Shown here piece after piece: positions 18,881 to 27,302 of a stretch of DNA of 64,000 nucleotides. The notes under the pieces were generated by a model that searched no databases, was not told where the DNA came from, and was given only the letters and a program-made list of their open reading frames with translations. This DNA comes from Escherichia phage WG01, in sequence record NC_031928.1; one strand, 5' to 3'. The translations under genes and the position numbers were made by a program. Numbering within the stretch: position 1 is the stretch's first letter; the number at the start of each line of letters is the position of its first letter.

Positions 18881-19078
18881 TCAACGGTTATGTTTTAAAA
18901 TACTATAAAGCTCTTCGACTTGGTCTGCATTCAGACAAATCATATCATTTTCTTGTTGGAGCGTGATTCCACCTTTTTCTTCCCAATCTTTAACAAAGAC
19001 GTCATCGTCAGATTCTTCAACATCTGCTAAAAGGGCAATCACACCATCTTCAGAACAACCATTTGGATCGTATAACAT
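18881..19078 (-). CDS. hypothetical acidic protein (65 aa)
   Basis: ATG ORF. Confidence 0.35.
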   Translation of the reverse strand: MLYDPNGCSEDGVIALLADVEESDDDVFVKDWEEKGGITLQQENDMICLNADQVEELYSILKHNR

Positions 19079-19199
19079 TTACAATTTCCTCACTAACCAT
19101 GAAAAGAATAAACCGATTAAAATAGGGCCTATAATCATTGTTGACCAAGCCCAGGGTTCTAAGTAATAAATCATCTTCATGCTCCTATGCCGACAGCCA

Positions 19200-19382
19200 T
19201 TAGGCTTTCAACCCATTCAGATACTCAACCAATGCCGCTTTAGAGTTATCCAAATCTCGTTTACACTGCTCTATTGCGGAATATGAATAGCCTTCGCAAT
19301 GTTCTACTGCACTATCATAAGAATCACGTTCAATAGCAGTAGCTAGTTTAAGGATTTGTTCAATCTGTTCAGTAGTTAACAT
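19200..19382 (-). CDS. hypothetical protein (60 aa)
   Basis: ATG ORF. Confidence 0.35.
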   Translation of the reverse strand: MLTTEQIEQILKLATAIERDSYDSAVEHCEGYSYSAIEQCKRDLDNSKAALVEYLNGLKA

Positions 19383-19386
19383 AATA

Positions 19387-19623
19387 TCACCAGTATTTGT
19401 TGATAGTAGAAATTAATTCTTGGGCTTGGGTAGTCTTCAGTTTACATCCACAACCCTTTAATGTGTCTTTAAGGAGCCACGGTTCCTTGAGCTCGTCCTT
19501 TTCTAGACGAATTCTGTATCCTCGATAATCAGCGAAGATACTTCGGTCGTCGAATATCTTAATCTCAAGGATACGACCGTTGATTTCATATTCTAATGAA
19601 ACCGTAGTACTTGTAAGTTTCAT
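19387..19623 (-). CDS. hypothetical protein (78 aa)
   Basis: ATG ORF directly downstream of a promoter cassette. Confidence 0.4.
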   Translation of the reverse strand: MKLTSTTVSLEYEINGRILEIKIFDDRSIFADYRGYRIRLEKDELKEPWLLKDTLKGCGCKLKTTQAQELISTINKYW

Positions 19624-19640
19624 ACTGTTCTCCTCATTAG

Positions 19641-19680
19641 TTGATAGGTCTATAGTATCATGTTCCTAGAGGATGTAAAC
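19641..19680 (-). promoter_or_regulatory. early promoter cassette
   Basis: GTTTACA -35, TACTATAGACC -10 region, same cassette. Confidence 0.55.
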
Positions 19681-19687
19681 ACCTAAA

Positions 19688-19714
19688 CGAAAAAAGGTCC
19701 CACCGAAGTGAGAC
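19688..19714 (-). terminator. rho-independent terminator
   Basis: 8-bp stem with CGAA-type loop followed by T6 on the minus strand. Confidence 0.55.
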
Positions 19715-19720
19715 CTTTGA

Positions 19721-20104
19721 TTATTCTAACGTCAGCAAATACTTAGTCTGGTAAAAGACGCCAGTGATATCGTCCAAAGTCGACTGGATGGCCTTAGGAA
19801 GGGTGTCATAGATTTTATCAGATGCTTTAAGAAGCTCGTCAAGGAAATCTACAGGGTCCTTAGGCAAGTCTGAAGCAGACGGTAATGATGCTTTATATTC
19901 TTTGCCACTGAATCCAAGATATTGCTCACTAAATTGGTCCAGCGGTCCTTGAACTTCTACATAATAGAAGTCATACGCTTTGTGTCTTGCATAGCTTTTG
20001 GTTTCTAAATGGGCTGACTTAAAATAGGCTAAAGAAACCAGTAGCCAACCAATATAAGAATCCACTTCAGACCCTCGACTGGGTACGAAATCATTGAACT
20101 TCAT
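19721..20104 (-). CDS. hypothetical protein (127 aa)
   Basis: ATG ORF; T4 rI.-1 position. Confidence 0.4.
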   Translation of the reverse strand: MKFNDFVPSRGSEVDSYIGWLLVSLAYFKSAHLETKSYARHKAYDFYYVEVQGPLDQFSEQYLGFSGKEYKASLPSASDLPKDPVDFLDELLKASDKIYDTLPKAIQSTLDDITGVFYQTKYLLTLE

Positions 20105-20384
20105 CTTCCACCTTCATTAGTTTTACATAACGCTCTCCGATGGCCCGACCTTCAATTGAGCACGCTTCTATAGTCCGACAACTTGAAATCTTCCAGGAAG
20201 CCGTAACATAGGCCCAATAGTCTTCGGAGGCCTTTACGCTGGGTCTACTCATTTGCGCATAAACAGGCATCGCACTACTAGCAAATGCATCCATCAATTT
20301 ATCATTGGCACCATTTGCTAGTGAAACTGTAGGGCTTAAACATCCCGCCATAAGGATACAAGCCGCTGTACGGAAAATATCCAT
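20091..20384 (-). CDS. secreted protein, candidate RI-like antiholin
   Basis: 97 aa (T4 RI length); N-terminal signal-like segment; position adjacent to tk as rI is in T4; sequence similarity only loosely recalled. Confidence 0.4.
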   Translation of the reverse strand: MDIFRTAACILMAGCLSPTVSLANGANDKLMDAFASSAMPVYAQMSRPSVKASEDYWAYVTASWKISSCRTIEACSIEGRAIGERYVKLMKVEDEVQ

Positions 20385-20473
20385 ACAAAAGTCCTTTGTT
20401 GTTTTATACTATTTGCCTTTCGGCCTTAACCGATAGCGATTACCAAAAGCTAAAGCTCTACGGTTAGTATTAT

Positions 20474-20481
20474 TATTTATA
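20474..20481 (-). promoter_or_regulatory. candidate late promoter TATAAATA
   Basis: exact TATAAATA on the minus strand ~90 nt upstream of the ATG at 20384. Confidence 0.3.
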
Positions 20482-20755
20482 GCTTTTTAAGCTTACGACA
20501 ATAAGAATAGAACACGTCGTTAAAATTATATTCAACCCAATTCCTCTGTATAGGCGAGGTAATGGAAAGCATATAATGCGCTTTAATTAAATCCATCCCG
20601 TTTTTATTAGGACACTCTTTATTATTAGCATTATACGTCGCTGCTACAACCTCTATCTCTCTTTTGTAAGCCACATCATCCATGATAGGCGAAAGAACAA
20701 TATAAGAAATAGCCACAGCGAACGCTAGAATTAAAATCTTTGAATTTAGGTCCAT
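20477..20755 (-). CDS. membrane-anchored/secreted protein (92 aa)
   Basis: N-terminal hydrophobic segment ILILAFAVAISYIVL. Confidence 0.4.
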   Translation of the reverse strand: MDLNSKILILAFAVAISYIVLSPIMDDVAYKREIEVVAATYNANNKECPNKNGMDLIKAHYMLSITSPIQRNWVEYNFNDVFYSYCRKLKKL

Positions 20756-20762
20756 AATACCC

Positions 20763-21335
20763 TCAACTCGTTATTTCTATCCAGTGCTTCCTGCACAATG
20801 ACACGTAAGAATCGTTGCCACCTATAGAAACTTGGGCGCCGTCCTTAATTGCGATACCATCCTGGACCCTAGCAGTCATAGTAGCTTTACGGCCACAATG
20901 GCACACACCTTTGTACTCAACGAGTTTATCTGCCGTAGCGAGTAATTCAGCAGAGCCAGGAAACAGTTTACCCTGAAAATCAGTTCTTAGCCCATAGCAC
21001 ATAACTGGAACATTATAATTGTCTACTATCTTTGCCAGTTGTTTTATCTGTGCAGGTTCTAAGAACTGTGCTTCATCCACAAATACACAGTGGATATCTT
21101 TTTGAGATTCAGCCCAACGATAGAACTCGTATAGGTCCATATCCGGAGTCACGGCATTAGCCTCTTGACTAATCCCTATACGAGACGAAATGCTATGGCT
21201 TGATTCTCTATTGTCTATCGCAGGCTTTAAAAGGAGTACGCCCATACCGCGTTCTTTGTAGTTATGAGCCGCTGTTAGCAATGAAGCGGTCTTCCCAGAA
21301 TTCATCGCCGCATAGTGAAAATAAAGTTGAGCCAT
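20763..21335 (-). CDS. tk: thymidine kinase
   Basis: 190 aa; P-loop AAMNSGKT; C-terminal CHCG...C zinc site; close match to T4 Tk as recalled. Confidence 0.93.
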   Translation of the reverse strand: MAQLYFHYAAMNSGKTASLLTAAHNYKERGMGVLLLKPAIDNRESSHSISSRIGISQEANAVTPDMDLYEFYRWAESQKDIHCVFVDEAQFLEPAQIKQLAKIVDNYNVPVMCYGLRTDFQGKLFPGSAELLATADKLVEYKGVCHCGRKATMTARVQDGIAIKDGAQVSIGGNDSYVSLCRKHWIEITS

Positions 21336-21344
21336 ATTACCTTC

Positions 21345-21551
21345 TTAAAGACTATTTACATAAGCAATTAATTCATTTTCTTTCTCATCAAATCGATTAG
21401 CAAATTCTTCCAGATGGTCGGCATCTATAGGGCCGTATTCATCATAAAAGGCGTTTGCTTCTGTATGCTCGTCCAAAAGCTCATGGATAAGCTCAAACAA
21501 TTTATCTTTCTGTTCTTTACTCAGACTCATAACCATTGCACCTTTAAGCAA
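21345..21551 (-). CDS. hypothetical acidic protein (68 aa)
   Basis: ATG ORF. Confidence 0.35.
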   Translation of the reverse strand: MLKGAMVMSLSKEQKDKLFELIHELLDEHTEANAFYDEYGPIDADHLEEFANRFDEKENELIAYVNSL

Positions 21552-21739
21552 TATTCTTCTACATGCTGTTTACGTTTATTTTTATCTATAAAAGTATATT
21601 CAACATATTCACCAATATACCATTTATCGGTGTTGTGTTGACTTTTTATAGGGCATTTAGTTACTCGTGTTTCGGTCCAGCGTCGAATAATTTCCGCTTT
21701 GTTTTTAGGGTCAAACGGATGCGGGTAATGGGCTTTCAT
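21527..21739 (-). CDS. hypothetical protein (70 aa)
   Basis: ATG ORF. Confidence 0.35.
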   Translation of the reverse strand: MKAHYPHPFDPKNKAEIIRRWTETRVTKCPIKSQHNTDKWYIGEYVEYTFIDKNKRKQHVEEYCLKVQWL

Positions 21740-22178
21740 AATCTACCACCACTAAATTAATATCAGGAGTAAACAAATTAATCAATTGGTAAACCTTGTC
21801 CCAATCACCACCAGCAATACCACAACCAATGCGAGGAATATAAATTCTTGGTTTAAACAAAAGACCTTTTGCGGTACGGTTTAATTCTATCATACAGTTT
21901 ACTAAAGCACCATAATCAAGATTAGGGCCTGGTTCGTATTGGGTATATAAATTATAGCAAATTTGGCCATTATTACCTGTAGCTTGAGTAAACGTGCCAA
22001 GTTTTGCCAAATTGCCTAAATAAGTAGTTTTATCGATAGCGAGAATAGGCGGATAAGCCTTAGCCAATTGCCCAGCTACACCTGAACCCATTGTGTGGAA
22101 ACAGTTGCACCCGTGTGCAACATTATTACCTTGAAGAAACAGGGCGACGATATCGCCCTTAATATAATCAATAATCAT
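21711..22178 (-). CDS. macro-domain protein (ADP-ribose binding/processing fold)
   Basis: 155 aa; Gly-rich loops NVAHGCNCFHTMGSGVAGQL and IGCGIAGGDW resemble macro-domain ligand-binding motifs. Confidence 0.55.
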   Translation of the reverse strand: MIIDYIKGDIVALFLQGNNVAHGCNCFHTMGSGVAGQLAKAYPPILAIDKTTYLGNLAKLGTFTQATGNNGQICYNLYTQYEPGPNLDYGALVNCMIELNRTAKGLLFKPRIYIPRIGCGIAGGDWDKVYQLINLFTPDINLVVVDYESPLPASV

Positions 22179-22531
22179 TTAGAGTTTAATCCTCGATTGT
22201 ATGAGTCAACGAGTCTGTCTACCATAGACGCGCACATTTCTTTGTACTTTTTATCAGATGGAATACATTCAGTAACGTTTAGACGTTGCTCGTATCTTTT
22301 AGAAAGAGTTTTCTCTTTCATTCGGCGATGCTCTACGTCATTCTGGCCATCTTTAAAAGCAGCTGTGATTTTTGAACTGAATTCGATAATGCATTCAGTA
22401 TTGCTCGGATGACAATAATCTTTTGCTGTACGGGTAGCATACTCGACAATTGAATTATTACTATCATCAACTTGTGACGCTAATACTCCCGGAGCAATCA
22501 ACATAAGCGCTATAGTCATCTGCTTAATCAT
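22175..22531 (-). CDS. secreted Cys-containing protein (118 aa)
   Basis: signal peptide MIKQMTIALMLIAPGVLASQ; four Cys. Confidence 0.4.
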   Translation of the reverse strand: MIKQMTIALMLIAPGVLASQVDDSNNSIVEYATRTAKDYCHPSNTECIIEFSSKITAAFKDGQNDVEHRRMKEKTLSKRYEQRLNVTECIPSDKKYKEMCASMVDRLVDSYNRGLNSK

Positions 22532-23071
22532 TTAATACACCGCCTCAAACATCTTTTTAGATTTTAGGTAATTGGCCTTTTCTAGAACTTCAGAAGCATA
22601 TTTACTGCCTGCTTTGGCGTTCCAGCCCGCATTATAAGAAGCAATCGCTTTTCTCAGGTCACCTTTGTGAACATCAATCCAATAAGACAGTTCAATGTAG
22701 GCCCAAGAGGCACTGTTCTGTCGTTTTTGGACCATACGAATTATTTCTTTGTCTGACATCTTCCAACCTACCTGTTGAACACGACTTCTTAACGTAGGCA
22801 AGTAATTTTGGAACATGCCATAAGCATGGTGCTTATCTTTATTTAAACCCTGATTAATTCCGGCAGATGATTCCTGCCATAGTAATCCGGCCATGATATA
22901 TCCTAATCCTTTTTGATTAGGGTTTTCTTTGAACTTTCCCGACTTTTGGTATTGTTCACCGAAAGCATATGCATAATGCAAATTGTCGAGTTGCTCACTG
23001 TTGAAAGTAGGCTCTACGCTATAGGCAGACATACTAACTGTCAATAGTAAAGTGGCTAATACTTTTTTCAT
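22532..23071 (-). CDS. periplasmic lytic transglycosylase-like protein (SLT domain)
   Basis: 179 aa; signal peptide MKKVLATLLLTVSMSAYS; SLT-like motifs WQESS, AYGMFQ, SYNAGWN. Confidence 0.5.
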   Translation of the reverse strand: MKKVLATLLLTVSMSAYSVEPTFNSEQLDNLHYAYAFGEQYQKSGKFKENPNQKGLGYIMAGLLWQESSAGINQGLNKDKHHAYGMFQNYLPTLRSRVQQVGWKMSDKEIIRMVQKRQNSASWAYIELSYWIDVHKGDLRKAIASYNAGWNAKAGSKYASEVLEKANYLKSKKMFEAVY

Positions 23072-23083
23072 GAGACCTCATTA

Positions 23084-23542
23084 TTAAAGATAGATTACTT
23101 TCGTGCTGGTTTTACCTTCTAAACGTTTAGAGTTAACAAATGCCATACGACATTTAAGGGAATATCCTTTATCAGGATGTTTACGGTCTACAGTCATACC
23201 TAGCCATAAGGTTTTATCGGTAATTTCGAGACGCAATGGGCGATACACTTTACCAGGAATGATTTCGGCTTCTACATCAGGCAGAGGTTCCTGGATTAAA
23301 AATTCATGAATTTCTTTAACATGGTTATGGAGTTGCTTGAATAAAGCAAAAACGTATTTTTCGTCGATTTCACGTTGGATAGCACGGTCCAACAAGTGAT
23401 TAGAGTACTTAATAAAGAAGGCTGGGACTCCGCTCTTAATGGCGGCTTTTTTGATGGACGCATTCAGTTCACGGAATTCGGTTTCGAACTGACGACGTAA
23501 TTTATTGCGGCGGATGAATACTTCTGAATTAATTTCTGACAT
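23084..23542 (-). CDS. regB: RegB site-specific endoribonuclease
   Basis: ATG at 23542 gives 153 aa (T4 RegB length) starting MSEINSEVFIRRNKLRR, closely matching T4 RegB as recalled; the longer ORF-track version runs into the promoter. Confidence 0.85.
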   Translation of the reverse strand: MSEINSEVFIRRNKLRRQFETEFRELNASIKKAAIKSGVPAFFIKYSNHLLDRAIQREIDEKYVFALFKQLHNHVKEIHEFLIQEPLPDVEAEIIPGKVYRPLRLEITDKTLWLGMTVDRKHPDKGYSLKCRMAFVNSKRLEGKTSTKVIYL

Positions 23543-23559
23543 TTTGTAATCTCCTGTAG

Positions 23560-23600
23560 TTGATAGGTTTATAGTATCATACCTACAGGAGATGTAAACT
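23560..23600 (-). promoter_or_regulatory. early promoter cassette
   Basis: GTTTACA -35, TACTATAAACC -10 region, dyad CCTGTAG/CTACAGG. Confidence 0.6.
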
Positions 23601-23603
23601 GCT

Positions 23604-23882
23604 TTAGTACTTTTCTTCCGGTTGGAAAACGGAACGACACGCCCACATACTAGCTTCTTTAAGACGGTCAATTGCATTACGAATCTGGGTAATGCGTTCA
23701 TGAGCCTGGTCTAGTTCTTGTTCAGAAACCTCTTCGGTATCTAAGTTCATATAATAGGTAACATGTTCTTCTTCTAGAGCTTTAAACATCAGCCCTAACC
23801 GAATTTCGGCATCTTTAATAGCATTCACTTTACCGATTTTATCGTCGGTATGTGGTTTGTAACCCTTGATATCTTCAATCAT
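23604..23882 (-). CDS. hypothetical protein (92 aa)
   Basis: ATG ORF; T4 vs.3/vs.4 position. Confidence 0.4.
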   Translation of the reverse strand: MIEDIKGYKPHTDDKIGKVNAIKDAEIRLGLMFKALEEEHVTYYMNLDTEEVSEQELDQAHERITQIRNAIDRLKEASMWACRSVFQPEEKY

Positions 23883-24097
23883 TTCACTTCCTCGCCAGTT
23901 GCGATATCATATTCTACCAAACGAAGGCCTTCAGTCCAACCTTGCACGGAGATATAGGTAGTCGGGTAAATCATTTCTTTACCGTTCCACCGACCGCCAT
24001 CCCAGACTTCCAGAAAGTCTTGTTCACCTGGTCCATTAAGCCATTCAACAAATCTTTTCAGAGCTTCTTCAGAACCTTCAATTGTCAATTTAGACAT
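23879..24097 (-). CDS. hypothetical protein (72 aa)
   Basis: ATG ORF. Confidence 0.4.
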   Translation of the reverse strand: MSKLTIEGSEEALKRFVEWLNGPGEQDFLEVWDGGRWNGKEMIYPTTYISVQGWTEGLRLVEYDIATGEEVK

Positions 24098-24434
24098 ATT
24101 TTTTCCAATCAGAAATCATATGAATCTCTTGGTCATAAGTCAAGAGACTACGAGCAATAATACCCTTACAAGGCCCTGAGATGAACTCGAGAGTGAAGTA
24201 AGGAACCTGTTTCATTAATCGGATACTAGGAGCATGACATCTAAAACGAGAGCCCTTAAAGGGCCCTGTCATGAATACATATTCCAATGGGTAGAAATAA
24301 GCATATTCGAAATTTGCAGTAAGGTCCTCTCTTCGAACCTTACGTGAGAAATAACAGAACTCAAAAAGTTCTTCATCAGTCATCATTGCATTCCTATCAC
24401 AAAGAACAGAGGCAAAGGCTTGTCGCCTTGGCAC
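24090..24434 (-). CDS. hypothetical protein (114 aa or shorter)
   Basis: ORF; start uncertain. Confidence 0.35.
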   Translation of the reverse strand: MPRRQAFASVLCDRNAMMTDEELFEFCYFSRKVRREDLTANFEYAYFYPLEYVFMTGPFKGSRFRCHAPSIRLMKQVPYFTLEFISGPCKGIIARSLLTYDQEIHMISDWKKYV

Positions 24435-24910
24435 ATAAATTTATTAATCATTACCTGGTAAGCTTCATAGAACTTATCCATCGCTGGAAGGCGCATTGGC
24501 TCTTCGATAATAATCAATAATCGAGTAACAGATAGTCCACGATACTTATGGAAATTGTCTTCATCAAGGAAACTGCGCACAGTATCATAGACAACAAAAC
24601 CAGGACCTTCGACTTGGAGATGTGGGTGTGCCTTAGAAACCTGTTTTATTACATTACAAATTTCTCGCGAGCGATGCGAAGAACTCGACATAACAATCAC
24701 ATCATTACCCTTGGAAACCCAATCAGCGGCGAACTGAGCAAGGGCACTTGTTTTACCTGTTTGGCGTCCGCCATCAAGTCGAAGAGTACCAAACTCTTGC
24801 ATTCTTGAAGCAGGTTCATACCAGGTATATTGGTCTGAGTCTAAACGTTCAATGGCGCGTTCAGCGAAGGCGTGCATTAAGGTTAGATAAATGGGAGTTA
24901 AAAATTTCAT
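24383..24910 (-). CDS. small P-loop protein (175 aa)
   Basis: ATG at 24910 with AAGGA RBS; GRQTGKTS Walker-A-like loop. Confidence 0.4.
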   Translation of the reverse strand: MKFLTPIYLTLMHAFAERAIERLDSDQYTWYEPASRMQEFGTLRLDGGRQTGKTSALAQFAADWVSKGNDVIVMSSSSHRSREICNVIKQVSKAHPHLQVEGPGFVVYDTVRSFLDEDNFHKYRGLSVTRLLIIIEEPMRLPAMDKFYEAYQVMINKFMCQGDKPLPLFFVIGMQ

Positions 24911-25059
24911 AGTATTTCCTTTGAGGGCCGTTCCTTGGCACATTAATTCGTCCCTTTCTGCATTTACCCATTACCGCACTTGGGCTCGACCTTATTACAG
25001 GTTGGCGGGAGTCCCTCACAGAATTGTGAGGTCCAGGTTGCTCCCATTTAAAATGCTAA

Positions 25060-25317
25060 TTAACGTTCTTCGTGTTTAAAACCTTTCTTAGTAAACAGCT
25101 TAACAACATCTGCTACTTTACGAAGTTGATCTGCATCAGCAACCAGTTGCTTAACCACTTTCTCGTCAGTTTCTTTAGAGCTAAAAGCGTGCTCAAGTTC
25201 GTCATCATTAGGGTCGGCCATAGAAACTTCAGTGCCGGAAGGTTTAACGTTTACAATCATATTCCAACGTTTAGAAACTAAAGTGGATTCTGTAATAAAT
25301 TCTTGGTAAGTTTTCAT
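25060..25317 (-). CDS. internal-protein-like packaged protein (CTS-tagged, 85 aa)
   Basis: N-terminus MKTYQEFITE, the T4 capsid-targeting sequence ending in the prohead-protease motif I/L-x-E. Confidence 0.6.
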   Translation of the reverse strand: MKTYQEFITESTLVSKRWNMIVNVKPSGTEVSMADPNDDELEHAFSSKETDEKVVKQLVADADQLRKVADVVKLFTKKGFKHEER

Positions 25318-25325
25318 ATTAAGCC

Positions 25326-25685
25326 TTAAAGATGGTCTAGTGCCGGGTTATGAGGTTTTTCTGCTTTAGTAGTGTTTTTATGCCAATCTGATTTAGAAAC
25401 ACGGATGGCATCCGCGCCATAAGAACTCTTAAGGAGACCTTTTTTATTGTACACACTTATTGAAGTAAGAGAATCACCATTCCATGTAGCATGAATGAAG
25501 TTAGATTTAGATTTAAGTTCTTTAGCCAAGCTCTGGTTAGTGGCCATGGAAGCAAAGTCTTTACCTGTAACTTTAAAAACTTCAGATGGGTTCAGCCCTT
25601 CTTTGGCCTTAGCCAATTGTTCAGGAGACATAGCTTCGTTAATGCGCTGAGTAGATTCAGTAATAAATTGTTGGTAAGTTTTCAT
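25326..25685 (-). CDS. internal-protein-like packaged protein (CTS-tagged, 119 aa)
   Basis: N-terminus MKTYQQFITE. Confidence 0.6.
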   Translation of the reverse strand: MKTYQQFITESTQRINEAMSPEQLAKAKEGLNPSEVFKVTGKDFASMATNQSLAKELKSKSNFIHATWNGDSLTSISVYNKKGLLKSSYGADAIRVSKSDWHKNTTKAEKPHNPALDHL

Positions 25686-25727
25686 ATTATTCCTTAAGTT
25701 GATAGAAGTATTCTATCACGGATTTAA

Positions 25728-26144
25728 TTAAGCGTAAATAGCCTTGCCGTAATGTTTGTACCAGGTAGAGCGTTGTGCAATTTTTTCGTCCAAACGGGCC
25801 TGAGATATAGCAATAGAAGCTTCGTGTGGAGTATAGTCACCACGGAATTCCTGAGGAATGTCACTAATGTCCTGGACAGTAGTATCCTTGATATTAAAAC
25901 CACGTTTTAAACATTCGGCTATAAGCTCAATTTGTCGCTTACGTAAAAATTCAAGCTTATCGTAAAAGAATGTAACATGGCCTGTGCCAAGGATAAAAGT
26001 AGGACTGATTTTGAAATCACGGACACGTTTACCATTAGCAACATGCTTACGAACTGCACCGAAAACACGTGGTAATTCACGATATTCAGCCATTAAGTGT
26101 TGGTCAGCCAATTCAGATACTAAGGTAAGGTTGATACGAGTCAT
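25728..26144 (-). CDS. denV: endonuclease V (pyrimidine-dimer DNA glycosylase) DenV
   Basis: 138 aa; near-identical to T4 DenV as recalled ([34 protein letters not shown]...). Confidence 0.95.
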   Translation of the reverse strand: MTRINLTLVSELADQHLMAEYRELPRVFGAVRKHVANGKRVRDFKISPTFILGTGHVTFFYDKLEFLRKRQIELIAECLKRGFNIKDTTVQDISDIPQEFRGDYTPHEASIAISQARLDEKIAQRSTWYKHYGKAIYA

Positions 26145-26159
26145 TTTTAATCTCCTGTA

Positions 26160-26200
26160 GTTGATAGGTCTATAGTATCATGACTACAGGAGATGTAAAC
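26160..26200 (-). promoter_or_regulatory. early promoter cassette
   Basis: GTTTACA -35, TACTATAGACC -10 region, dyad CCTGTAG/CTACAGG. Confidence 0.6.
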
Positions 26201-26224
26201 AACTTTTATCAAGTATAGGCTTTA

Positions 26225-26821
26225 TTAATTACCACGGGCAGCATTAGCAACGGCGTAAGCGTACTGAATATTAGCGTCTTTAAACGTACCTTTAGAGGTA
26301 TCTATTTCTGCCTTAAAGCCGCCTTTAGCCATAACATCGGCAAATTCTTTACGGAAAGTCATTGCATCAAGACCTTTCCATGCGGATTTATGCTTGGCAA
26401 ATTCAAGACCGGCGAAGTTGACCGCCTTAGCCAATTTATTATCAATAGTCCATTTACCTGCTTTAGGTACAAATACAGGACCTTTCTGTTTAGAGAACAG
26501 TTTTAAATTCCAGCGACGAAGGTCGCCGTCAGCTTTAACAAAAGCTGCGTCCAAGTTACTAGCAACAACATCTTGGATATGGGCAAATTTAAGTCCATCA
26601 GCTTCAATATTTAGGTCGTTACGCCAGCGAAGTCCTTCCCAGGCGAAAGCTTTAAAATCAGAAGCTTTTGTAGCCAAGTACCGTTCAATAGGAGCTGTTT
26701 TAGCGTCAAAACCGTTTCCTGGGTTGTCAACGCCGTTTCCTTTGTAAGTCCACTCATCTTTATTAATGCCTTGGACCTTTCCTACAGAAGCTTCGGCGAT
26801 AAATTCTTTATACGTTTTCAT
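26225..26821 (-). CDS. ipIII: internal protein III-like (CTS-tagged, 198 aa)
   Basis: N-terminus MKTYKEFIAE; length and position next to e match T4 IPIII. Confidence 0.7.
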   Translation of the reverse strand: MKTYKEFIAEASVGKVQGINKDEWTYKGNGVDNPGNGFDAKTAPIERYLATKASDFKAFAWEGLRWRNDLNIEADGLKFAHIQDVVASNLDAAFVKADGDLRRWNLKLFSKQKGPVFVPKAGKWTIDNKLAKAVNFAGLEFAKHKSAWKGLDAMTFRKEFADVMAKGGFKAEIDTSKGTFKDANIQYAYAVANAARGN

Positions 26822-26867
26822 ACGGGTTCCTTAAAGGAAAATATTTTAATTGGTCTGTTCAAGTAAC

Positions 26868-26903
26868 TGTAGATATACTATCACAATTCTAGGAGATGTA
26901 AAC
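26868..26903 (-). promoter_or_regulatory. early promoter cassette (short copy)
   Basis: GTTTACATCTCCTAG followed by TAGTAT. Confidence 0.45.
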
Positions 26904-27302
26904 TTATTTATAGGTCTTCATCCAATTCTTGAACAAAGCCGCGACGTCTTTCTCTTTAACGTTCAGTTTAATGTCCAACATTTTACCACCCGCTGCTCTG
27001 GTTTGGCGAATCTTAGCAGTACCGGTTTCGCCATTCCACTCAACATAATACTGTCCAGTGTTCATTGCAATACCATCACCGTAGTCTTCATTTTTAGAAG
27101 TGGTGAATGCTAGCTTCATAGTCTTAGATACACGAGCCTGCATGCCTGTCTGAAGGGCATTACGAACGCGAATAACCTGAGGAGTGGCCTGGGTCAAGTT
27201 CTCATTCAGTTCTTCAGTGAACTCTTCAGATTCAAACATCGCCAAAAGTTCTTTAGATGCAGGAATTACATTCTCTGCGATAAATTCATTATAAGTTTTC
27301 AT
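26904..27302 (-). CDS. internal-protein-like packaged protein (CTS-tagged, 132 aa)
   Basis: N-terminus [10 protein letters not shown]; T4 ipII position. Confidence 0.6.
   Translation of the reverse strand: MKTYNEFIAENVIPASKELLAMFESEEFTEELNENLTQATPQVIRVRNALQTGMQARVSKTMKLAFTTSKNEDYGDGIAMNTGQYYVEWNGETGTAKIRQTRAAGGKMLDIKLNVKEKDVAALFKNWMKTYK
26905..26912 (-). promoter_or_regulatory. candidate late promoter TATAAATA
   Basis: exact TATAAATA on the minus strand upstream of ipIII, overlapping the upstream stop codon. Confidence 0.4.

Noticed and set aside
20091-20384. Assigning the gene symbol rI to the 97-aa secreted protein
   Set aside because: Length, signal peptide and position fit, but my recollection of the T4 RI sequence is too uncertain; reported as a candidate without a symbol.
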